Assembly (NCBI GenBank): GCA_964582465.1
Contig: CAZOQX010000002.1
Coordinates: 7,379 to 71,378 of the forward strand
Origin: an uncultured Candidatus Saccharibacteria bacterium
GTDB lineage: Bacteria; Patescibacteriota; Saccharimonadia; UBA4664; CAZOQX01
Direction of reading: 5' to 3'
DNA: 64,000 nucleotides
In this document: piece by piece, positions 56,760-64,000 of the stretch
How positions within the stretch are numbered: the first letter of the stretch is position 1
Layout of the letters: each line of letters starts with the position of its first letter
Notes under the pieces: generated by a model
The model's input: the letters and a program-made list of their open reading frames with translations, nothing else
Database searches by the model: none
What the model was told of the DNA's origin: nothing
Made by a program: the position numbers and the translations under genes

Positions 56760-58337
56760 TTGTCCATGACTGCCGAAGTGAACCAGATTATTGAATCCGC
56801 TTGCCGTCAGGCTTTTAACCTGAGTGACGTAGAGGCTCTGTGTGAGCCGGTGGAGGCTAAATATGGGGATTATGCCACCAACGTGGCACTGCGGCTCGCC
56901 AGAGGGCTAAAAATGACCCCAACCGAGGTTGCCACTAAAATCGTGGCGGCCATTAATCACCAGGCGGTGGCGAAAGCCGAAGTGGCTGGGCCCGGGTTTA
57001 TCAATTTAACCATGCAGGCCTCCTGGTGGGGCGAGCGTTTGCATGAAATTACTGACCAGTATGGAGCGGCGGATTTGGGCAAGCATAAAAAGGTTCAGGT
57101 GGAGTTTATTTCTGCTAATCCGACTGGGCCGGCCACAGTTGGCAATGCTCGCGGCGGTTACATCGGCGATGTGATTGCACGCGTGCTCGAGCTTACTAAG
57201 CACCAGGTTACGAGGGAATATTACTTTAACGACGGCGGTACCCAGATTAAGAAACTGGGCGGATCGATTAAGGCGGCGGCTGGCCTGCCCAGCGATGAGG
57301 AGCAATATCAGGGTGAATATGTGACCGAATTGGTGAAAAAACTGAAACCTACGGCTAAAGATAGTGATGAAGATGTGGGCGCCAGGGCGACCGAGCTGGT
57401 TTTTGCCGATTACATTAAACCGGCAGTGGCTAAGATGGGAATTAAGTTTGATGTGTGGTTTAACGAGAAGAGCCTGATGACATCAGGGCAGCTGGCCTCA
57501 AGCATTGAGCGCCTGAAGGAGGCTGGTTTAGTTTACGAAAAAGACGGGGCTGTTTGGGTGGGCACCGAGAAGCTAGGGGATAATCAGGATCGCGTACTGA
57601 TGAAATCGAACGGCGATCCCACTTATCTGGGAAACGACATCCCTTATCACATTAATATCTTCGACCAGCGCGGCTTTGATGTGGCTATTAAGGTTTGGGG
57701 AGCCGATCATGCCGCTAATATGCGCTCGCTGGGGCTAGTGATGCAAAAATTATTTCCGAAGAAGAGTCTGGTATTTGTAATTAACCAGTTTGTTCGCCTG
57801 GTCAAAGATGGCAAAGAGTATCGGGTGAGCAAGCGGGCTGGTAATTTTGTCACTATTGAGGAGTTAATTGATCTGGTGGGAGCTGATGTGACGCGATTCT
57901 TTTTCTTGATGCACTCGGCGGATAGTCACATGGACTTTGATCTGAACTTAGCTCGCGAGCAGTCCCAGAAAAACCCGTTTTGGTACGTTATGTATTCCTT
58001 CGCGCGGGCTAACTCGATCCTAAAGCAGGCCGACAAGCGTAGGTACAAGCCGGGAGCTGCACTCTCGGAGCCAAACGCGGTGGAGCGAGCGCTGATCAAG
58101 CAAATGGTGCAGTGGCCAGAGCTCATCGCCCAGATGGCTCAGGATTATGGTGTGCACCGTTTGACCTTCTTCGGCATGGAGATCGCGCGGCGTTTTCATG
58201 ATTATTACGAATCCGAAAGAATCATTGACCTCGGTGAAGCCGAAGCTAGCGCTAAGCTCTATCTGGTAGAGCAGTACATCACTTTCATGCGGGTATATTT
58301 CCGGACGCTGGGGATCGAGCCACGCTCCGAGATGTAG
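56760..58337 (+). CDS. argS: arginine--tRNA ligase
   Basis: Class I core with ANPTGPATVGNARGG (HIGH-region equivalent) and DALR anticodon-binding C-terminus. Confidence 0.9.
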   Translation: MSMTAEVNQIIESACRQAFNLSDVEALCEPVEAKYGDYATNVALRLARGLKMTPTEVATKIVAAINHQAVAKAEVAGPGFINLTMQASWWGERLHEITDQYGAADLGKHKKVQVEFISANPTGPATVGNARGGYIGDVIARVLELTKHQVTREYYFNDGGTQIKKLGGSIKAAAGLPSDEEQYQGEYVTELVKKLKPTAKDSDEDVGARATELVFADYIKPAVAKMGIKFDVWFNEKSLMTSGQLASSIERLKEAGLVYEKDGAVWVGTEKLGDNQDRVLMKSNGDPTYLGNDIPYHINIFDQRGFDVAIKVWGADHAANMRSLGLVMQKLFPKKSLVFVINQFVRLVKDGKEYRVSKRAGNFVTIEELIDLVGADVTRFFFLMHSADSHMDFDLNLAREQSQKNPFWYVMYSFARANSILKQADKRRYKPGAALSEPNAVERALIKQMVQWPELIAQMAQDYGVHRLTFFGMEIARRFHDYYESERIIDLGEAEASAKLYLVEQYITFMRVYFRTLGIEPRSEM

Positions 58338-60419
58338 CTAGGGGGCGAGCGTAAACTCGGCTAGCCTGGTATCCATGAGAACCGCTACGGTACCGGATTG
58401 TTTAGGCACAAAGCGGGCTCCGTATAAAGTTCCGAAACCATTTAGGATAAATTGGCTATCTAAGGTCAGGCTCTTATCTGTTACCTTCACCAAGCCAATC
58501 GTCTTGGTCGTCGGGTCGGTTAGGATTAGGCTATTGCCGTCGCTTGCGATATCAAGTGAACTAGCGTGGCTCAGGCTGCTGGGCACGTTCATCTGAGCAC
58601 TCAGAGTGGTGCCGGCATAGTGTTTTAGGTTGCCTGGTGTAATCACGTAGATGGTGCCATCAACAGCCAGAACTTTGGCACTCCCGAGCGGATCTGTAAA
58701 GTAGGAGACCGGACCGGTGAAGGAACCGCCTCCTAGGGGAGTCTGCTTAAGCATTTGATTGCCATCTGTTGAAAGCAGGTATAAGTTACCGGCGTAGGTG
58801 GTAATAAAGCTAGATTGGGGCCAGCCGTTACCGCCGGAGTTTTGCTTTACGAGGGTGCCACTAGCCGGGCTGTACGCCCAGACCGCTGGCTCCTTGGTAA
58901 GTAAGTAGATCGATCCGGCGTCACTACTAAAACTGCTCGAAACAATTTCTCCGAGGCTAGGGTTGACGGCATTACCAGAGCCTAATCGGTGGTTTGCGAG
59001 GTCAACGGGCGATACCTGGCCGTCACGACTCGCCAGGTAAATAGTATCTACTGAAGCGTTAATAAACTGGAAGTGCTTAGATGAAAGCGTCAGCAGACCC
59101 TTAGGAGTCACATGTACCAAACCGTTGGCTCGACTGATCAGATCGGCGGCTGCTTGTTCCACGGAGGCCAGTGATTGGTACTTACCGCCGACTTTTTTCA
59201 GGCGGGCATCAATTTTTTTGCGGCCGGTCTTCGCTAAATCGGCAGCGTCGGCCTGGGTCGCTAGTGCTACTCCTTGAGCAGTTGCTTTATCGCCGGCGGC
59301 GAGTGCACTGCTGGCTTGGTCGAGCTGAGCTACATCCTGATTGAATCGGTTGAGTTCCACCGCCGTAACCTTCGAGCCGGCGCCCTTAGCTAAAACTAGT
59401 GCGGTAATAATTACAACAGCTACCAACATCCCTCCTGATATGGCAAGCGTACGGCGAGAAGATTGGCTGAATTGCTTCCGCACAGACCGATAAGTTCCTC
59501 TGGTTGCGTCCTTAATCTGGGGCCAGAGCTTGGTCTTGGTAAATGTGACAGCATTTAAGCTTTGGGTTTTGGCTCCCTGAGCCAGTTTATGGCCAGTGGT
59601 TTTGGCGGCTTTGAGCGTGGTTTCTAGAGCGGGCTGAACGATGGTCTTTGCATCATCGAGTAGCTTGGCGGCTTCCACTTCCTGGGTAGCGGGCTGGCTG
59701 GGCAAGGGGTTGGCGGCGGCCAGTTCGGGAGTGAGGACATCGGCGACTACCGCCGCCACGCGATCGGTCTGGCGCTGCGAATTAATAGCGTCGGCGATCT
59801 GGGTAATGGCGGCTGGCGGCGTGTGCTCGGTCACTAGCTTTAGCAGCTCAGCTTTGGCTATCTGGTGCAAAAGTGCTGGCGTGGTGATGAGCACATGATC
59901 TTGGTTCTCGAGTGGACCACTTATGATATTCTCGAAAGTTCTAGCTGCCTGGTACAGGCGTTGATTCTTTTCAGCCGCGAAGGGGTGGGCGCGCCCCTCT
60001 CGATATAAGTAGGCTTCGGCTGATCCGGTGAGGCTAAGCAGTAGTTCGGTTTCAGCCAGCGCAAAAATGACGCCGCTAATCTTCCCAACCCAGCCGCTGT
60101 TACCAGCTGCAGCGTAATCCTTCAGGGCTTCATTGACGGCCCTAATTGTCTCTTCGAATTGCTTTTCAGGTTTGGAGCTGGCGGCGTCTCGCTCCGGTAG
60201 GGCATAATAGTGATCAAGGGCGGTATTAATTATCAGATCAACTAGGCGCTCGGCCTGCCGCGCGTCACCCAAAACTTCCACTACCACGCCAAGTTGACCG
60301 AGGTGTTCCTCAGTATAAATGTCTGGTTCGTGGACGTAAGCCGTGGCGAAGCTCGCCGAAAAGCGGGGATTACGGAAGTGAGGAACCAGCGCGGCTGCCC
60401 TTGCAATCAGTTTTGCCAT
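58338..60419 (-). CDS. large membrane-anchored protein: cytoplasmic N-terminal domain, one TM helix, extracytoplasmic beta-propeller-like repeats
   Basis: TM at ~aa 325-345; repeated ...IYLLT / LYLLSTDG / IYVIT blades; stop abuts argS stop. Confidence 0.5.
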   Translation of the reverse strand: MAKLIARAAALVPHFRNPRFSASFATAYVHEPDIYTEEHLGQLGVVVEVLGDARQAERLVDLIINTALDHYYALPERDAASSKPEKQFEETIRAVNEALKDYAAAGNSGWVGKISGVIFALAETELLLSLTGSAEAYLYREGRAHPFAAEKNQRLYQAARTFENIISGPLENQDHVLITTPALLHQIAKAELLKLVTEHTPPAAITQIADAINSQRQTDRVAAVVADVLTPELAAANPLPSQPATQEVEAAKLLDDAKTIVQPALETTLKAAKTTGHKLAQGAKTQSLNAVTFTKTKLWPQIKDATRGTYRSVRKQFSQSSRRTLAISGGMLVAVVIITALVLAKGAGSKVTAVELNRFNQDVAQLDQASSALAAGDKATAQGVALATQADAADLAKTGRKKIDARLKKVGGKYQSLASVEQAAADLISRANGLVHVTPKGLLTLSSKHFQFINASVDTIYLASRDGQVSPVDLANHRLGSGNAVNPSLGEIVSSSFSSDAGSIYLLTKEPAVWAYSPASGTLVKQNSGGNGWPQSSFITTYAGNLYLLSTDGNQMLKQTPLGGGSFTGPVSYFTDPLGSAKVLAVDGTIYVITPGNLKHYAGTTLSAQMNVPSSLSHASSLDIASDGNSLILTDPTTKTIGLVKVTDKSLTLDSQFILNGFGTLYGARFVPKQSGTVAVLMDTRLAEFTLAP

Positions 60420-60487
60420 CGCTTGCTAATATATCATCCGGATCCAATCACCTACAACTCTTACGCTTCCTGGTATACTTAAGTTTA

Positions 60488-63337
60488 GTGGATTTAAGCG
60501 ATCTAAATGCCGAGCAAAAGCAGGCCGTGGAGCATGATCAGGGGCCAATTTTAGTTGTGGCCGGGGCTGGTACCGGTAAAACTGAAGTCATCGTGCGCCG
60601 TATGGCTCACTTGATCAGGGCTGGCAAGGCCAAACCCAGCGAAATCTTGGCGGTGACGTTCACCGAAAAGGCGGCTCGCGAGATGGAGAACCGTTTGGTG
60701 GATATGGTTGGCTATCTATACGACGGGCGGATTATGACCTTTAACGCCTACGGCGAGGATTTGCTGAGCCGCTACGGCCTCGAGGTTGGCTACGGCCGGC
60801 TGCAGTTGATTAACCAGGCCCAGCAGCGGATTTTGATTACTGAGAACATTGATCAATTTGATCTGGATTACTTTGCGCCAATTTCCTCTCCTGAGCGCTA
60901 TGTGGCCGAGCTAGCGCGCTATTTCTCCAAACTCAAGAACGAGCTAATTGATCCGGTTATCTACGAGAAGTATGCAAGCAAACTTAATCAGGCCGCCAAA
61001 GAGCGAGAGGAGAAGTTCGAGGCGAAGCGGCAGCTCGAATTAGCCCGCGCTTATAGCGTTTATACCCGGATATGTCGCGAGCGGGATTTGATCGACTTCG
61101 ATGATCAAATTCTCCTGAGCCTGGAGCTACTCGAGCAGCGGCCAAATCTGTTAAAGCAGGAGCAGGCCAAACTCAAATACATTTTGGTCGACGAATTTCA
61201 GGATACTAATTTGGCCCAAAGCCGTCTGCTTTATACTCTGGCGGCGCCCCCGCACAACCTGATGGTGGTGGGCGATGATGATCAGAGTATCTACAAATTC
61301 CGAGGGGCAGCGATTTCCAATATCCTGGCGTTTCGTGAGCGTTATCCAGATTCACAGCTAGTGGTTTTAACTAAGAACTACCGCTCAGCTCAGCCAATTT
61401 TGGACATGGCCTACCAGTTAATTCAGCATAACAACCCCGATCGCTTGGAACAGAGGGAGTCAATTTCCAAACATTTGACTGGTAGCGTCAAGGGAGAGAA
61501 GCCACAGTTGATGAGATTTGATACCACAGAGCTCGAAGCCGATTATCTGGCGACGGAGCTCGCTACGCGCGGCAAGAAAGGCCAACCCGACGGGACAGTC
61601 GCGATTCTACTGCGCAAAAATAACCAAGCCGGGCCGGTGTTGCATGCCTTGGAGCGGCGCGGAGTGGCCTATGAACTGGTGGGGCAATCGCAGAACCTGT
61701 ACCAGCAGAAAGAAATACAATATCTGTTGTATTTTTTACAATTCTGCGTCGACCCGACGGATTCAACTAGTCTGTACCATCTACTTGCCGGAGATGTATT
61801 TAAAGTGCCAGTGGCATTGCTAAGGGAATTGGCCGCTCAGGCTAAGCGCCAAACTATTAGTCTGTGGCAGTTACTGAAACTCGATCAGCCACTTGGTCTC
61901 GCAGATACGCTAGAGCGCCTCAATCGCTTGAGTGGTCAACTACCGCATAAGTCCGTCGGTGAGCTCGCCTATAATTTCTTGGAGGAGACTGGCTATATTA
62001 AACAGCTGGTGGAGCAAGCCGAAAATGATCCCAGATATGATTATGCGATCGTGAGCCTCAATCAGTATTTTAAAACCTTAGGTGATTATGAAAGGGTGGC
62101 GAAAGATCGGTCAGCCGTGGGCTATGTCGGGCAGCTACCCGGTCTAATCGAGGCTGGTGAGACGTTTGAAACCGGGGAAGCTGATCTAGCCTCGGCCGCG
62201 GTTCAGGTGATGACGGTCCACCGTGCCAAGGGCTTGGAGTTCGACTCGGTCTATATCTATGACGTGTCGGCTGGAGCTTTTCCGACGCGCAACCTGGCCC
62301 AACCCTTGGTGATCCCGGATGAAATGGTGTGGCATGAAGTGTTGCCCGGAGGCGATTGGCATCTTGCTGAGGAGCGGCGCCTGATGTATGTGGCGATGAC
62401 GCGGGCCAAGAAGCGCTTAATTTTAACGTATTCGCCTGATCACGGCGGAAAATTATTGAAACAACCTTCACCCTTCTTGGCCGAAGCTGGCCTAGTTACT
62501 GCGCCGCTTGCAAGTAGCCGCCGGCCCCTGAAGCAATTGGAGCAAATTGAGCTGTTTGGTCAACGTGAAATCGAACCGGTCGCCCAATTACCGCGCTTTT
62601 ATGATGGCGACCGGCTGTCTTTGAGTGTCCGCCAGGTCATTGACTACCTGGAGTGTCCCGCCGAATTCCGCTGGGTGCATATTCTTCAGGTGCCCGAGCG
62701 GCCCAGTCCTGCCCTGATGTACGGCAACATCATTCATCATGTGATTCAACGCTACCATCAGGCCAGCCGGTGGGAAGGTGTGAAGGTGGAGGATCTAGTG
62801 CAGATTCTGAAGGATGAATGGAAAAATGAAGGCTTTTTGTCGCGCGGGCTCCAGGAGCGTAGCTTAGCTCAAGCCGAGCAGACCATTCGTAACTTCTACG
62901 CTCGGGAGAGTGCCACAAAGCGCCAGCCAACTGAATTTGAGCGCTCATTTAGCGTGGAGTTTCCGGAATTAAAACTGATTGTAAACGGTCGATTTGACGC
63001 CGTTTACAAGGAGGAGGAGACGGAAGTGCGCGATTATAAAACTGGGGCACCACGGATTACCGATCAGGAAAAAGCCGACAAAGCCGCCCGCACCAACCTG
63101 CAGCTCGCAATTTACGCCCTGGCTTGGCAGCGCCTGACGGGTCAGCTGCCAGATAGATTGACGTTAGATTTTGTCGACGTGGGATTAATCGGCGCAACCA
63201 GTAAGTCCCCAAAACAGATCCAAACCCTCGAAGACAAGCTGCGCGAAGCCGTAACTGGAATCAGGCGGGGAGACTTCTCTCCGAGCGGCAACTGCACCAG
63301 GCACCGTCACAGCCAAATTTATGAGGAGATCACATGA
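60488..63337 (+). CDS. UvrD/PcrA-family helicase fused to C-terminal PD-(D/E)xK (RecB-type) nuclease, AddA-like
   Basis: GAGTGKT Walker A, DEFQDT, helicase motifs; C-terminal QLAIYALAW nuclease motif; GTG 60488 likely start (track TTG 60401 would overlap divergent gene). Confidence 0.8.
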   Translation: MDLSDLNAEQKQAVEHDQGPILVVAGAGTGKTEVIVRRMAHLIRAGKAKPSEILAVTFTEKAAREMENRLVDMVGYLYDGRIMTFNAYGEDLLSRYGLEVGYGRLQLINQAQQRILITENIDQFDLDYFAPISSPERYVAELARYFSKLKNELIDPVIYEKYASKLNQAAKEREEKFEAKRQLELARAYSVYTRICRERDLIDFDDQILLSLELLEQRPNLLKQEQAKLKYILVDEFQDTNLAQSRLLYTLAAPPHNLMVVGDDDQSIYKFRGAAISNILAFRERYPDSQLVVLTKNYRSAQPILDMAYQLIQHNNPDRLEQRESISKHLTGSVKGEKPQLMRFDTTELEADYLATELATRGKKGQPDGTVAILLRKNNQAGPVLHALERRGVAYELVGQSQNLYQQKEIQYLLYFLQFCVDPTDSTSLYHLLAGDVFKVPVALLRELAAQAKRQTISLWQLLKLDQPLGLADTLERLNRLSGQLPHKSVGELAYNFLEETGYIKQLVEQAENDPRYDYAIVSLNQYFKTLGDYERVAKDRSAVGYVGQLPGLIEAGETFETGEADLASAAVQVMTVHRAKGLEFDSVYIYDVSAGAFPTRNLAQPLVIPDEMVWHEVLPGGDWHLAEERRLMYVAMTRAKKRLILTYSPDHGGKLLKQPSPFLAEAGLVTAPLASSRRPLKQLEQIELFGQREIEPVAQLPRFYDGDRLSLSVRQVIDYLECPAEFRWVHILQVPERPSPALMYGNIIHHVIQRYHQASRWEGVKVEDLVQILKDEWKNEGFLSRGLQERSLAQAEQTIRNFYARESATKRQPTEFERSFSVEFPELKLIVNGRFDAVYKEEETEVRDYKTGAPRITDQEKADKAARTNLQLAIYALAWQRLTGQLPDRLTLDFVDVGLIGATSKSPKQIQTLEDKLREAVTGIRRGDFSPSGNCTRHRHSQIYEEIT

Positions 63338-63786
63338 GAGACCAAGCTTGGCTCGAAAATTTGTTCAATTCTATCTGGGACGACTACTTTAATGACGTAC
63401 CTTACGACCATAAATTAGTTGTTCAGTTTGGGCGCAAAGCTAAAACCCGATTAGGGTCAATCCGATTGGGCGCTAAAGGAGAAAGCATCATTACTGTTAA
63501 CGGTTTATTTAAAGATTCCCAGATACCAGAGATAGTTGTAAAAGCTACAATAGTACACGAACTTTCACACTATGCCCATGGCTTCAACTCCCCTTTGAGC
63601 CAAAAATTTCGCTATCCGCACGCTGGCGGAGTGATGCGAGCCGAGTTCCGAGAGCGAGGGCTAGAGGAGCTCTACGTCCAGCAAAAACGTTGGCTGAAAG
63701 ATAATTGGCGCCAGATAGTCGAGACTAATTTCGTACCCAGACGTCGGTCGAGTCGGAGCAAAGTGCCAAAACCGTTTTGGTTTTAA
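63334..63786 (+). CDS. YgjP/DUF45-like metal-dependent hydrolase (HExxH)
   Basis: VHELSHYAHG with preceding RLGS..ITVN pattern; overlaps helicase stop. Confidence 0.5.
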   Translation: MRDQAWLENLFNSIWDDYFNDVPYDHKLVVQFGRKAKTRLGSIRLGAKGESIITVNGLFKDSQIPEIVVKATIVHELSHYAHGFNSPLSQKFRYPHAGGVMRAEFRERGLEELYVQQKRWLKDNWRQIVETNFVPRRRSSRSKVPKPFWF

Positions 63787-63814
63787 GCTTGCTCCCAAGT
63801 AAAATAGGTAATCA

Positions 63815-63890
63815 CGGGGTGTGGCGCAGCTGGTAGCGCGCAGCGTTCGGGTCGCTGAGGCCGCCGGTTCGAGTCCGGCCACCCCGACCA
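63815..63890 (+). tRNA. tRNA-Pro (CGG)
   Basis: Acceptor CGGGGTG/CACCCCG, anticodon stem CAGCG/CGCTG loop TTCGGGT, T-loop GGTTCGAGTCC, CCA encoded. Confidence 0.8.
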
Positions 63891-64000
63891 TAGTATTTAC
63901 GGTAATTGTTCGGTTTTGTGATATAATCAGATAATGAAGCGCGGGATTGCAACATTCACGCTAGATCATGGCCATTGTCCGCCCTGGCTGTTTGCCCGGA

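Noticed and set aside
1-64000. CRISPR array, transposases, IS elements
   Set aside because: No regularly spaced direct repeats or transposase-like ORFs were recognised anywhere in the window.

Overview
Compact bacterial chromosome segment of about 50% GC with dense, short-intergenic gene packing. Its gene content resembles a reduced Gram-positive-like or Patescibacteria/Saccharibacteria-type genome: MurT/GatD, WecA-type and sugar-phosphate transferases, an LCP protein, an L,D-transpeptidase, bactofilin and a TrmB-type regulator. This identification is an inference and is not verified.

Housekeeping genes I recognise are thrS, argS, miaA, nrdR, smpB, infC-rpmI-rplT, rpmB, rplY (bL25), rnhA, a DinB-like Y-family polymerase, a ComM/YifB ATPase, a UvrD-type helicase-nuclease and a PrsA-like parvulin.

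RNA genes are RNase P RNA (about 31260-31672), tmRNA/ssrA (about 44645-45017) and eight tRNAs: Asp-GTC, Thr-CGT, Gly-CCC, Val-GAC, Val-CAC, Pro-GGG and Pro-CGG.

The most unusual feature is a mosaic of at least ten short, very GC-rich segments with near-saturated GC3 codon usage embedded in the ~50% GC background. Several sit next to tRNA or tmRNA genes, and a cluster of them lies directly downstream of ssrA, a classic island integration site. This looks like horizontally acquired DNA from a high-GC donor. If the organism is a Saccharibacteria epibiont, a high-GC actinobacterial host is a tempting source, but that is speculation.

The island downstream of ssrA also carries an ABC exporter preceded by a 32-codon leader ORF plus intrinsic terminator, which is attenuator-like. 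It also holds a Cys-rich 61-aa peptide gene, a transmembrane protein with a DUF2384 antitoxin-like domain and no RES partner, and several proteins of unrecognised function.

A strong sigma70-like promoter plus a terminator bound a roughly 360-nt GC-rich transcript of unknown nature at about 39900-40262.

No CRISPR array, transposase or integrase was recognised.
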